Shown one piece after another: positions 47,701 to 61,414 of a DNA stretch of 64,000 bases. The position numbers were made by a program, and so were the translations under genes. How positions within the stretch are numbered: position 1 is the stretch's first letter; every line of letters begins with the position of its first letter. The notes beneath the pieces are model-generated. The model made no database searches. It saw only the letters and a program-made list of their open reading frames with translations, and was not told the origin of the DNA. Location: the NCBI GenBank assembly GCA_024679065.1, contig JAGIQG010000004.1, positions 54,994,001-55,058,000 of the forward strand, written 5' to 3'. This DNA comes from Sphyrna mokarran (taxonomy: Eukaryota).

Positions 47701-48672
47701 ACAGAGTGTTTGAGTTTAAGAGCCGTGGGGTTATGCTGCAATTATACCAGACATTGGTGAGACCACATTGGGAATATTATGTTCAGTTCTGGTCACTCAC
47801 TGTAAGAAGGATGTGGAGGCATTGGAGAGAGTGCAGAGGAGATTTACCAGGATGCTGCCTGGTTTGGAGAGTAGTTCTTTTGAGGAAAGGTTGACGGAGC
47901 TGGGGCTCTTTAGAGTGGAGGAGGACGAGAAGTGACTTAACAGCGATTTATAAGATGATAAGGGGGATTGATAGAGTGGACGTGCAGAGATGTGCAGAGG
48001 TGGATGCAACTGTTACTCGGGGGCATGACTATAAGGTTCATGGTGGGAGATATAGGAGGGATGTCCCAGGTAAAGTCTTCTCTCAGAGAGTGTTTGCGGT
48101 GTGGAATGAATTGTCTGCTGTGATAGTGGAGTTGGATACTTTAGGAACTTTCAAGTGGTTATTGGATAGGCACATGGAGCACACCAGAATGATAGCGAAT
48201 GGGATAGCTTGATCTTGGCATTGGACATAGATGGCACAACATTAACGGTCGAAGGGCCTGTGCTGTGTTGTAATGTTCTATGTTCTAGATTCAAACCAGG
48301 CTTTCATCCATTGACTCTGTCTACACTTCCCTCTGCCTCGGCAAAGCTGCCAGCATAATTAAGGACCCCACACACTCCCGACATTCTCTCTTCTACCTTC
48401 TTCTATAGGGAAAAAAATACAAACGTCTGAGGTTATCTACCAACCGACTCAAGAACTCTTCTTCCTTGCTCCTGTCAGACTTTTGAATGGACTTACTTTG
48501 CATTAAGTTGATCTTTCTCCACATCCTAGCTATGACTGTAAACTACATTCTACATTTTCTCCTCTCCTTCTTCATGAACGGTATACTTCGTCTGAACAGC
48601 GCAATAAACGATACTTTTCACTGTATGTTAATACATGTGACAATAATAAACCCAATCAAGTCAAATCAAATC
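44760..48672 (+). mobile_element. Rex1/Babar-type LINE, split by a nested CR1
   Basis: AYKQKLKR..WSEE..LQDCLDSVDW; [29 protein letters not shown]; [10 protein letters not shown]; 3' part resumes at about 48290 and ends in an (AATCA)n tail. Confidence 0.85.
46690..48290 (+). mobile_element. CR1 LINE nested in the Rex1 element
   Basis: ORFs 46703..47113, 47079..47420, 47706..47894 and 47955..48212; TGTTCTA tail. Confidence 0.9.
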
Positions 48673-49968
48673 AATGCTTCGTTTCTTTCACGAAAACTGA
48701 CCAATACAACAACCGAAATACCATAACAAATCGCACTAAAGAACAATAAGATCTAAACATCATAACTAAAATTAACATCAGGAAAATTACATCAGGCCAT
48801 TCAATAATTCGCCTTCTCAACATGGGGATTTCTATAGCAGAAGGTTCGATTACTTTGGCGGCGCTGGCATGTAACCTAATCATGAAAATATATGGGAGCA
48901 CGTGTTCATACGTTTACATCTTTAAGTGTGTGCCGAGGTTATACAGCTGCATAGCTGTTATTCTGAACTGAGACATAAATGTGAAGTCATTGTCGAAAAA
49001 ATAAAGTCAACAATTTAATATTGAGAGGGAAAGACTGCAATAATAATTTCGCAGCCCAATAATGGGATACAAGGCATGTCATTGACTCGTTGAGCTAAAT
49101 CTAGAAGGATAAATGTGTCAGATCTTGGCTCCATCTTTGGTCTTGGGAATCACTTTTCTAATTTGGTGATAAATCTGCAAAACTAAATAAATTCAGAAGT
49201 AGCTTCGAAAAATCACAAATCATAACAAATATATTTCGACTAGCGTATTCTTTCACTTTTATGGTTAGGTTAATGCTTCCGATATTTTAATCTGAATGTT
49301 GTAATATTAGCAAAGTAACTCACGATAAAATATTATATTTATCTCATTCATCTTGTTGCAGAGATAGAGCAACAATTTCCAAATGTGATTAAAATATGGC
49401 GAGGACATCTGTGCTTACGGTGCTTTTTATTTGAATTTCTGGTCAGGAAGCCTCGGCTGCTTTCGTGCAAGTTTTACTCTTATATTATCCAACATAATTC
49501 ACTGCCAAAAATAAAATAAACTGTGCAGTGGTTATGAATAACTGTTGCCGGAAGTCAAGTGAAAGCACTCGCAACAGAATTTCGTGAATTGGCTGTTGAA
49601 TGTTCTGGTTCCAGGAGACAATTTTGCAAGAGAAAACGTATTCACCATACATAATGAGAAGTATGGTTGGCAGAAATGAAACCGCTTTTCTGAACGAAGA
49701 ATTGCAACATTTGATATTGTCCAATTTTTAAGTTATTGGGCGTAAACCAACAAGTGTGAGGCGAAATCTCGATATACAATTTGAAATCTGTTTGAAAAAT
49801 ACAAAAGCCATTAAACAAAATAATTATTTGCCTTAAAAATGTTTCACAGTGACTCATTTTATGGATGTGACTAAAGATTAAAATAAGAGTTGTCAGAAAA
49901 GCTGAGCAAGACACTTTTGGGCTACTGGAGGGTCACATTGTTATCTTAGCCGAATAGTTTCCTTCCAT

Positions 49969-51750
49969 ATGCAGGTGCAGTACGTAATACAAAAGGCAAA
50001 TGCGATGTTGGCATTTATTGGGAATGTAAACCAGTTGAGGGAAATATCCATATCGAGGGAGGAAGTGTTAGAGCTTCTAGGTAGCATTAAAACTGATAAA
50101 TCTCCGGGGCCTGATGGCATTTATCCCAGGCTGCTTAGGGAGGTGCGAGGTGAAATTGCTGGGCCTCTGACGCAAATCTTCGTCTCTTCCTTGGACACAG
50201 GTGAGGTCCCAGAGGACTGGAGAATAGCTAACGTACCGTTGTTTAAAAAGGGTAGTAGGGATAACCCTGGAAATTATAGGCCAGTGAGTTTGACGTCAGT
50301 GGTAGGGAAGCTGTTGGAGGGGATTCTTAGAGATAGGAGATATAGGCACTTAGAGCGTTGTGATCTGATTAGGGATACGCAGCATGGATTTGTTAAGGGG
50401 AGGTCGTGCCTTACAAATCTGGTAGAATTTTTTGAGGAGGTGACGAAAATGGTGGACGAAGGGCAAGCCGTTGATATTGTCTATATGGATTTTAGTAAGG
50501 CATTTGACAAAGTCCCTCATGGGAGGTTAGTTGAGATGGTCAAGGCTAATGGGATACAAGGACAGGTAGCTAGGTGGATAAGTAACTGGCTTGGTAATAG
50601 GAGACAGAGAGAAATAATGGAGGGTGTTTTTCTAGCTGGAGGTCGGTCACTACTGGTGTGCCGCAGGGCTCGGTACTGGGACCTCTTCTATTTGTAATAT
50701 ATATAAATGACTTGGAAGAGGGAGCAAGTGAAGTGATCAGCAAGTTTGCAGGTGATACAAAGATGGCTGGACTTGCAGATAGTGAGGAACATTGTCAGGC
50801 GATGCAGCAGGAGATAGATAGGCTGGTAGCTTGGGCAGACAGGTGGCAGATGGAATTCAATCCTGATAAATGTGAGGTGATGCATTTCAGGAGAAAGAAT
50901 GTAGGGAGGACGTATATGATAAAGGTATTAAGAGTATAGAAACGCAGAGGGACCTGGGGGTACAGGTGAGCAAGTCTCTGAAGGTGGCAGAGCAAGTGGA
51001 GAAGGTTATGAAGAAAGCATATAGTATGCTAGCCTTTATAGGAAGGGGTATAGAGTACAAGAGCTGGCCTTTAATGTTGCAGTTGTATAAAACGTTGGTA
51101 AGACATCATTTGGAATACTGCGTCCAGTCCTGGTTGCCCTACTACCGGAAGGACATGGAGACTCTGGAGAGAGTGCAGAGGAGGTTTACCAGGATGCTGC
51201 CTGGAATGGAAGGTCTGAGTTACAAGGAGAGGTTAGGCAAATTGGGACTGTTTTCCTTAGAAAGATGTATACTTAGAGGAGATCTAATAGAGGAGTACAA
51301 GATTATGAAGGGGATAGATAAACAAGGTTAAGCTCTTTCCTAGGATGGACTCGAATAGCACAAGGGGTCACGGGCTTAGGGTGAGGGGGGGGTAAGGTAT
51401 AATTTGGATGCTAGAGGGAGTTTTTTCACACAGAGGGTGGTGGGGGTATGGAATGTGCTGCCAAGTAAAGTGGTGGAGGCAGGTACTCTGGAGTTATTTA
51501 AGAAATACTTAGATGGGCACATGAACAGAATGGGAATGGAGGAGTATAGAAAACTGATTTAAAATAGGGATCATAGGCCTTGGGAGTCCCTGGGAAGTGT
51601 GTCAATAGATGATGATATTGAGGTACTTGTTTTTATCCTACAGGTGCTTTGGTCCACCTTGTTGTCTAACAAGGGGCATTCACGCGATGGGTCGAGAGAG
51701 GACTGCTCTTGGTTTTTCTTTTGCTGCACTATTCTAACTGCTACGAATTT
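49969..51750 (+). mobile_element. 5'-truncated CR1 LINE, RT with few disruptions
   Basis: ORFs 49969..50697, 50658..50939 and 50966..51331. Confidence 0.92.
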
Positions 51751-51979
51751 AAATCATTAAAAAAGGGTGAGGCAAATACCTTTAACAGGGATGGTGATTA
51801 GAATTTAACATCTAGACGTTCTCTGCCAGAAAAGATTGTTGAATCGCAGGGCGCTTTATATGGCATGATATGTAGAGTCGCACGATTTTCTTCTGTAGTG
51901 CAATATTTTGGATGTCTACAATGTTTGTTAATTCCACATTTTTAGTATTCTGTAATTCATTATTAAAGAAGGGAAGTAG

Positions 51980-53665
51980 AGGGGGAAGCAAGTACATACA
52001 AGCCCGTGAATAGAAACACAGCGGTGGGGAAATTTTTGGAAAAAATTGTAAGGGGCAGAATTAATTTGCACTTCCTGAGACAAGCATTAATCAAGAGTAG
52101 TCAGCGTAGCTTTGTCAGATGACAATCTTGTCTAACAAATTTGATTGAATTTTTCAAGGAGGTGATTATATGTGCAGATTAATGCAGTGCAGTTTGTGTA
52201 CTCTGTATGGGCTTCCATAAGAATTCTGACAAGGTCAAATGGGAAGCTGATCAAGAAGATTAGAATCCGTAGGATCCGCAACAATTTTGGCTAATTGAAT
52301 GTAAAATTGACTTAGTGGCAGGAGACAGAGTGTTATGGTCGAAATTTGTTTTATGACTGGGCACCAGTGCCTAATAGTGTGCCCAAGGATCTGTGCTGGG
52401 TCACCTGCTGTTTGCGTTGTATATTAATGATCCAAACATAAGTGTGGAAATTGCATTCAGGAAGTTTGCAAATGGCACGAAAAGTTGTGGTGCCGTGGAT
52501 AAGAGGAAAGCTCTGATACAGAGCTTGCAGAGTGATACAGTTGGTATGATCATATGACCCCTTAATTGAGGGGCCAAGAACCAGTTATATATTTTGAAGA
52601 TAAGAAATCTCCTATTTTAGAGATTTAAAGGTGCTTTGAGGAAAACCTTTCTCACACAGAATGTGGTGTGAATCATAAACTCACTGCCTGAAAGGATGGT
52701 AAAGGTGGGAACTGCTACAGCATTGAAGAAACCTTTAGCTGAGCACATCAAACACCACATACATCCAATATTCACGTCTGGATGAATAATGTGCACAGCA
52801 AACAGCAAGGACCGAACAACAATCCTTGGACCAAGTGCTGAAAAACAGGATTAGAATATAGGAATGTGAGGATGTCAGATCAGAAATCCCCAAGGGATGG
52901 TATGAAATCAGGCTGGACCCCAACATTTTTTTTATTTTTGGCATAAATGTGAGGAAAGGATACTTCATCTTAGGAGTAATTCTATTAACAAATCCAGATC
53001 TTTTGTTGATCAAAACACCTTTATTCATATCACAGTTTAAGCAAAAGTCTTACAAAATGACAGATATGAACTCCTAACTGTTGAACATTCTTTGAACGTG
53101 TAAAAAAAAAGTACTAATTTCTTATTCATCACCAATCAGTTCTAATTGAACAATATTGCTTTATAGATTTGAACTTCTCTTTAAATATGGTTAGCATAAG
53201 CTACTTGGCTTGGATAACAGACTCGAAGGTTTCATGGAAATCTTTCAGAGATAGAGAGAGATAGACAGGCAGAGCTGTTTATAGGCTGCTATCTTTAAAC
53301 AACCTTCTCCAGCAGCTGCTGCTTTTTAAATAAAATCTTTTTTTCTGCTGCAAGCCCAATTCCTCCCATTTCTCACATCACATGATTCTATCCCTTTATA
53401 CCTAACTTACTTTATTACTATAATTAAAACACACCCTATCAAGCCTTCTGCTAAATAAACATTTACATGATTAAAATGAGTAATTATCCTGCCTTTAAGC
53501 ATCGGCTACATTCCATGTAGGGATATTTTGTAGGAATTCTTAAAGAACCCGCTGTCCCCAAACATAAAAATGTTAATAGTCCATTATCATCACGGTGCTT
53601 GATGGCTGGCACAGATACAATTGCTTGAAGGGCCTCTTTCTGTGCTTAAAACTCCATGATTCAGA
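51980..53665 (+). mobile_element. Degraded CR1 LINE with its 3' UTR interrupted at 52865-53592
   Basis: TCTTGTCTAACAAATTTGATTGAATTTTT and CAAGGATCTGTGCTGGG; the tail resumes at 53593 (GGTGCTTGATGG...GAAGGGCCTCTTTCTGTGC). Confidence 0.7.
52865..53592 (-). mobile_element. Possible solo LTR
   Basis: About 730-bp insertion splitting a CR1 3' UTR, TG...CA ends, minus-strand AATAAA at about 53020; no clear TSD. Confidence 0.4.
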
Positions 53666-54059
53666 TACTCATCAAACTGGAACAGGTAGGCCAAAGGAAA
53701 TGCACACATTCACATTGCCTTATACTATCATTAAATTCCGTAATAAAGGCTTAGTCACTGAAACTTACACATTGCCATTAACTAGTAACAAAATGTCATA
53801 ATGATGTAACTCAAGTGTTCTGCTTCCAAAATAATTCAATTTTAATGACATGACAGACATGCTAAAATACACAAATAGCTCTAATACTGATCCTTTTAAG
53901 GCTTGTTAATCTTCCAATTGCCTGTCAAACTAAAGGGCGTACATTTGCTATTCATTACTTCCAAACTTTAAAGACTTCCATCTGGGTTATTGTGTTTTTT
54001 TCACAACAATATGCATTAACTTTTCAAGGGAATTTCTCGGAACATGAGTGCTGTTTCCA

Positions 54060-55720
54060 AGGATCTATTAGTTCTCTCTACCAATATAATTCTTTTGAAG
54101 GATGTTGTGAGAGGCTTGGGAGGCCCCAAGCAGAGATATTTAAATCATTGACAGGTACAGGCGATGTGCCTTAATCATAGAAACATAGACATCTTATAGC
54201 CCAGAAGGAGGCCATTCAGCCCATAGAGTCTGTACCGACCACAATCCACCCAGGCCCTACTCCCGTAACTTTCATTTACTAATCACCCTGACACTAGGGT
54301 CAATTTAGCATATCCATTCAACCCAACTCACCCATCTTTGGACAGTAGGAGGAAACCAGGAGAAAACCCATGCAGGCACAGGGAGAAAGTGAAAACTTCT
54401 CACAGACAGTAGCCCAGGACAGGAATTGAACTTGTGTCCCTTGCGTTATGTGGCAGCAGTGCTAACCAATGCACAACCGTGCCGCCCTCAAGATTGAAGA
54501 GTGGCAAATGTTGTGCCTTTGTTTAAGAAGGGTCACACAGAAAAGCCTGGGAACTACAGACAGTGAACTTACTTCTGTAGTGAGTAAGTTGTTAGCAGGT
54601 GTTCTGAAATATAGGATCTATAGGCATTTAGAGAGGCAAAGATTGATTAGAGACAGTCAGCATGGCTTTGCGAGTGGAAAATCATGTCTCACGTATTTCA
54701 TTTTTTTTTGAAGAAATAACCAAGAACATTGATGAGGGCAGCACAGTTCACATTTCCAACATGAACTTCAGGAAGCCTTTGACAAAGTAACACGTGGTAG
54801 GTTGTTGCATGAGGTTAAATCTCACGAGATCCAGATTGAGATAATCAATTGGAAATAAAATTAGCTTGATGACAGAAGACAGAAAGTGGTTATAGAGGGT
54901 TTTGTTTTCCAACTTGGAGGCCTATGATCAGCAGTGTGCTTCGGGGATCTGTGCTGGATTCACTATTATTTATCATTTTTATTAATGATTTGGATGAGAA
55001 TTTATGGGGCCTGGTTAGTAAGTTTGCAGCTGACACCAAGATTAGTGGCATAGTGGACAGTGAAGAAGGTGAGCAGGGTGGTGAAGAAGGCATTCAGCTT
55101 GTTTGTTTCATTGGTCAGAACATTGAATACAGGAGTTAGGACGTTTTGTTGAAGTTGCAATAAGACATTGACAAAGTCACACTCGGAATACTCTGCACGG
55201 TCTGGTCACACTATTATAGAAAGGATATTATTAAACTAGAAAAAATGCAGAAAAGATTTGCTAGGATGCTACTGGGACTTAATGGTTTGAATTTTAAGGA
55301 GAGGCTGGATAGACTGGGACTTCTTTCTCTGGAATATAGGAGGCTTAGAAGTGATATTAAAAAGGCCTATGAAATAATGATGAGCATACATAAGATAGAT
55401 AGTCAATCTATTTTCTCAAATGTAGGTAGTCTAAATCTAGAGTGCATAGGTTTAAGATGAGAGGGGAAGGTACAAAAGGGTCCAAAGGGGCACTTTTTCA
55501 CACAAAGGGTGATGAGTGTCAGGAAAGAGCTGTCAGGTTCAGTAGAGGCGGGTAGAATTTTGACTTTTGGAAAACTTTTAGGCAATTTCATATCTAAGAT
55601 AGATATAGAGAGGCATGGGCCAGATGCAGGCAATCGTGAGTAGCTTGTTGTAAAAACTGGATGGTGTGAACAAACTAGGCTGAAGTGCCTCTTTCTGTGC
55701 AGTAAAACGTTTTGACTCTA
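54060..55720 (+). mobile_element. Degraded CR1 LINE
   Basis: ORFs 54469..54711, 54924..55139 and 55245..55460. Confidence 0.8.
54175..54490 (-). mobile_element. V-SINE/HE1-like SINE nested in the CR1
   Basis: Minus-strand head GGGCGGCACGGTTGTGCATTGGTTAGCACTGCTGCC and B box AGTTCAATTCC. Confidence 0.75.
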
Positions 55721-56034
55721 GGATGGTATGACATGATCTCAAAGTAAGGGTATCCCATTTGTAACAGAAATGAGGAGGAAATACTTCTCTCAGAGGGTAG
55801 TGAATCTGTGGAATTGTTTACCACAGAGGGCTTAAGAGTTCGGACTATTTAGTATGTTCTAAACTGAGATAGACAGATTTTTAATCACGAAGAAATTCTA
55901 AGATTACAGGGATAAAACAGGAAGCTGGATTTACAGATTATTATTTCAGATCAGTCATGAACTCATTGAAGAGTGGGGCACACTGGATTGGGGGGGAGGG
56001 TAAATGGGCTTCTTCTACGTCTTATGGCCTTTTC

Positions 56035-56530
56035 ATTTGATTTAACTTATATTGTCATGAGCATTAGGATGCATTGAAAAGTTTCTTGAGCTATACGGTC
56101 AAAAATACGTCAGCTATAGACTACATGGGGAAGACGGAATGAGAAGAGTGCACAATATAGTGGTGCAGTTACAGATAGGGTGAAGTGAAAGATCAACTCA
56201 AGATCAGTTTAACGGCAGGGAAGAAATTATTCTTCATTTGATTGTTAGATCATCTCAGGCTTTTGTATTTATCTCCCGGCTGAAGATGGTGAAAGAAGGT
56301 ATGACCATGGAGCCTGGGGTCTTGAAAAAAAGGTGGCTGCTTTTCCTGGGCAATGCGAAGTGTAGACAGTGTCAGTAGGTGTTGTTTTGTGTGATGGACT
56401 GGGCTCCAATCACAACCCTTTGCAATTTCATGCGGCCTTGATCAGAGCAGGAGCCAGATCAAACTATGATACATTGGAAAGGATGATTTCTATGATGCAT
56501 CTATAGAAATTAGTGAGAGTCATACGGACA
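56035..56530 (-). mobile_element. Rex1/Babar-type LINE 3' fragment
   Basis: Similar to 34124-34810. Confidence 0.6.
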
Positions 56531-58390
56531 AAGTCCCAAGTTTTTGACTCAGCAATAGTGAGGAAACAGTGACATATTTCCAAGTCAAAATGGTACAAAA
56601 CTGAGGGGGAACCTGTAGGTTATTACAGTGTTATCAAGTATCTGCAGCCTTGTTCTTCTTCATTGCAGAGGTCACAGGGTTGGAAGGTTGTGTTGAAGGA
56701 ACATTGGTAAGTTGTTGCAGTGTGTTTTATACATGGATGCCTCTGTACATATGTGTTAGAGGGAGTGAATGTTGAAGGTAGCGAATGGACCTCCAGTCAA
56801 ATAGGCTGCTTTACCTTGGATGATATTGGGCTCCCGAAATGTTGTTGCAGTTCCATTTGTGCATGCAAGTGGAAAGCACTCAATCACACTTGTAGATGAT
56901 GGATAGCTCATGGGGTCATGGATAGGTCATGAACTGAGTTATTCATCACCCAGTTCCCAGCCTCTTACTTGCTCTGATAATCACAGTATTTATTTGACTG
57001 GTGCAATTCTGTGTCCAGTCAATGGTAACACCCAGGATGCTGATACTGGGGAATGCAATGAGGACAATTTAATTGGAGATTGTTGGATTCTCTCTTATTG
57101 GATTTGGTCATTGCTAGCATGTATGGCTTGAATATAACTTGCTACTTATCATTCAAGTCTGCAAGTTTCTCGGGACTTACTGCATTAGAACATGGACTGA
57201 ATCAGTATCTAAGATTTCACAAATGGTGCTGAAAATTGTGTAATCATGAGCGAAATTTGCACTTCCAACAATATGATGTAAGGAAGGTCATTGATGAAGC
57301 AGCTGAAGATAGTTAGGCCAAGGACACTACCCTTAGGAGTTGGTGTAGCGACTTTGGGACTGAGGTAATTGGCCTCCAAAAACCACAGCAATCTTTCTTT
57401 GTACAGATAATTACTCTAACCAGTGGAGAACATTTCCCTTGATTCCTATTCACCCCAATTTTGTTCATGTTCCTTGGTGCCAAGTTTGATCAAATGTTGC
57501 TTTGATGCCAAGTGCAATTATACTCATCTCACCTCTGGAATTCAGCTCTTTTGTCCACGTATGGAACAAGATTCTAATGAATTCAGGAACTGAATGACCC
57601 TAGAGAAACCCAAAGTTTCAATGAGCAGGCTATTTCTGAGTAAGTGCCACTTAACAACATGGTTGACATCATTCTGCTCATAACTGATAGTAGAATGATG
57701 GGGCAGAAATTGGCCGAGTTGGATTTGCCCTGCTTTTTGTGTTCAGGACATATCTGGTAACTTTGCACTTTATTTGTTAGTTGCCAGTGTTGTAGCCATA
57801 CCAGAACAACTTGGCTAGGGGCAAATTAAATTCTGAAGTACGACATCAGACCTATTGTCAGAATACTGTAAAGGCCTTTGCTGTATCCATTGGAATGAAT
57901 TAAATTGGCTGAAGATTGGAACCTCTGACACTGGTGACTTCAGGACGAGGCTAAGATAGATTCAATACTTCTGGCTGAAGTTGATTGCAAATGTTGCTAC
58001 CCTGCCTTTTGCGCTGATCTGCTGGACCCTTCCGTCATTAAAGATTTCTTATCTGACTTCTCCAAGTAGTAGTTTATTAGTCCATTATCTTTCCTGGCTG
58101 GATGTAGAACTGCAGAATTCAGATCTGATCCATTGATTGTGGGATTGTTTAGCTCTGTCTATTGCGTGTAATTTGGCATGCAAGTAGCCTTAATTGTAGC
58201 TTCCCCAGGTTGGCACCTGAATTTAGGTATCCCTGGTATTGCTCCTGGCATGTCCTCCTGTATTCTACATAAAACCAGGTTTGATCCCCTGACTTTGTGG
58301 TAACGATAGAATGGGGGGCCCGCTGGACCATGAGGTTACAAATTGTGTTTGTATACAATTCTGTTATTACTAATAACTCACAGTGCTATA
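56530..58390 (-). mobile_element. Degraded CR1/L2-clade LINE (second family)
   Basis: GSVLGLTIFSCFINDLP (57209..57391) and KKQGKSNSANFCPIILLS (57583..57768). Confidence 0.75.
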
Positions 58391-58899
58391 AGTTGGTAAA
58401 CCTGTTCGATTTTCTTTTAATGTATATACATTTGTGGGACATGTATATCCCTGGATAGCTATCACTTATTGCCCATCTCTAGTCACCCTTGAACCTAATG
58501 GCTTGCTAAGCCATTTCAGAGGACAGTTAAGAGTCAACAACATTGATGTTGGTCTGGAGTCACATGTAGGCCAAACCAGATAAATACTGCAGATTTCCAT
58601 CCCTCAAGGATATTAATGAACCACACGAAATATATTACATAGAGTAAGAATGAGTGTGAGAAATGCAACCAAGTTAAAGAAGTGTGATGAACCAGAACTT
58701 CTGGTCTTGCCTTGCAAGGCCATTGGGATTGGTGGGGAGGTGAGGTTGGTCAGTGATCAGTAAGGACTTTCCCAATTACTCGAGATGGGCACTCAGAGAA
58801 ATGAGGCAGAGATGGACATCACCCAAGAAGAACGTTATAGAGAAGGTACCTGAGGGGTAGGGTATCTTGTACATCAAAAAGCAAGTTAAATTTTTGTTT

Positions 58900-60230
58900 A
58901 GAAAACATAAGAACATAAGAATATAAGAAATAGGAGCAGGAGTAGGCCCTTCAAGCCTGCCCCACCATTGAATAAAATCATGCCTGATCCGAAGTGGATC
59001 ACTTCCACTTTCCCACTTTCTCCCCATAACCCTTAATTCCCTTGTCTGTCAGAAATCTATCTATCCGTGATTTAAATATATTCAACGAGGTAGCTTCCAC
59101 TACTTCAATGGATAGAGAATTCCAGAGATTCACTGCCCTTTGAGTGAAGAAGTTCCTCCTCAACTCTATTCTAAATTTCTCCCCCCCCCCCCACCACCCC
59201 ACTTATTTTGAGGCTGTGCCCTCTAGTTCTGTTTTCCTTTCTAAGCGGGAAGAATCTTCCTACCTCAACTCTATCTAGCCCTTTCATTATCTTATATGTC
59301 TCAATAAGATACCCCTCAGCCTTCTAAACTCTAACAAGTACAGGCCCAGTCTATTCAATCTCTCCTCATAAGCTAATGCCTTCATCTCTGGTATCAGCCT
59401 GGTGAACTTTCTCTGTACTGCCTCCAAGACCAATATATCCTTTCAAAAATAAGAGGACCAAAACTGCACACAGTGCTCCAGTTGCAGCCTCACCAGTGCT
59501 CTGTACAGTTGCAGCAAGACCTCCCTGCTTTTATATTCTTTCCCTCTCGCAATAAAGGCCAACATTCCATTCGCCATCTTTATCACCTGCTGCACCTGCA
59601 GACTGAGCTTTTGCGATTCGTGCACATGGACCCCCAAGTCCCTCTGCACTGTAGCATGCTGCAGATTTTCACCTTTTAAATAATAATCCCTCCTACTATT
59701 ATTTCTGCCAAAGTGGATAATCTCACATTTGCTAACATTGTACTCCATCTGCCAGGTCCTCACTCACTCAGTCAGCCTATCCAGACCTCTCTGCAGACTT
59801 TTCGTTCCCTCTACACAATTTACTTTTTCACTCATGTGTCATCAGCAAATTTTGTTACTCTACCCTCAGCTGCCTCCTCCAGATCGTCTATATAAATGGT
59901 AAACCGTTGAAGTCCCAGCACCGATCCCTGTGGCACACCACTAGTCTCCAACTGCCAACCAGAAAAGCACCCATTGATTCTAACTCTCTGCTTCCTGTTA
60001 GATAACCAATCCTCAATCCACACTAACACTTTACACCCAATTCCGTGTACCCTAACCTCCTGCAGCAACCTTTTGTGAGGCACCTTATTGAACACCTTTT
60101 GGAAATCTAAAAACATCACATCCACCGGTTCCCCTCTATCTACTGCAATTCATAGAAATCCAATAAATTTGTTAAACATGACTTCCTTTTCACGAATCCG
60201 TGCTGTGCCTGCTTGATCAAATCGTTCTCT
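58900..60230 (-). mobile_element. 5'-truncated CR1 LINE
   Basis: ORFs 59832..60125 (GVPQGSVLG..KFADDT), 59443..59763 and 58999..59202; (AACATAAG)n tail. Confidence 0.9.
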
Positions 60231-61414
60231 TCTTGGTGACACCTAGAAGAAAACAATTCCAGGGTTCTGGAAACTCAATATCACATATGACTCTCAGCTG
60301 AAACTGCTTCGACCATGGTAAAATAGAATACATGTCTGCAGACGACAGAACACCCTCAAACCACATGTGCCAGTGTCCAGTTGTTCTGAGGTCAGTGCTA
60401 TAGAATGATAGCAAAGAACTAACAGAACATTGTTACCCATCTAACACACTGATCACAGTGTGACACTGTCCACCAGTTCCAAGCAACTGAAAATTTCCCT
60501 ATTATTTCAAAGAAACGTTTAGAAATTCTAAGGCTAAATGGTTAACATTTGTGAACACTCTCCAACCAATATCTGAGCGATTTACTTCAAATGCTGGGGG
60601 ACAATGAATAGTCAGAGACATAGACTGGATCATTTCTAAACATCCTTATTGACAGCATTCCAGGAAATGAACCCTGCTGATGAAATCCCATTGCTTCCTA
60701 ATTAATTGAATTAGAAATGACTACTTGGCACACCATAACACTCAGGCTATGGTCAAAGTGCAGGCAAGTGGGATTAGGTGTGCAGTTCAGGACATTTCAA
60801 GCATCAGTGCAGACCTGATGGGCCAAAGGGCTGCTTCTGCACTGTAGTAATTTGTGACTTTGTGAAAACAGCAAGGTGAAAAACAACATTCTACACATTT
60901 GTCTTAGATGACGCACTTCCAATCAGATGACACTGTTCCTCTGGTCCCAGTTTGTCTCACTCACTGACTTTATATTGACTCTTGTTTCCAAAATAATGCT
61001 GCACTATTTACATTCGAAAACAACTGATCCTAATTCCTCAGGGAATCCAGGTTTCTGGAGCTTTGCCACCATGCCACCTGGAATTGTTAAGCTGGATATA
61101 AAGCTGTTTACTATGCTTGTGAATGCTGATGGCCTGTAGGAGTCAGTCTGAGGGTCTGAAGCTTTAAAGAATAATTATTAATTAAGGAAGGTTGTGTTTT
61201 ACTTCTTTGAGCTCAATTTTTTTCTGACCTTTGTGATTGGTGGTTGACTTCTGCTCTTTTTCCACTTTCTAATTATTGTAGGAACTGTTTCAATTATCTC
61301 TCAATCCAGCTGAATCAAGGGCCATGTTTTGATTTTGCTGTACGTTTCTGAACAAGCAATTATTATGCCTGGCAGTACAATGACTCATTCTTTGGGCTGG
61401 TTATCTGAACTGAA

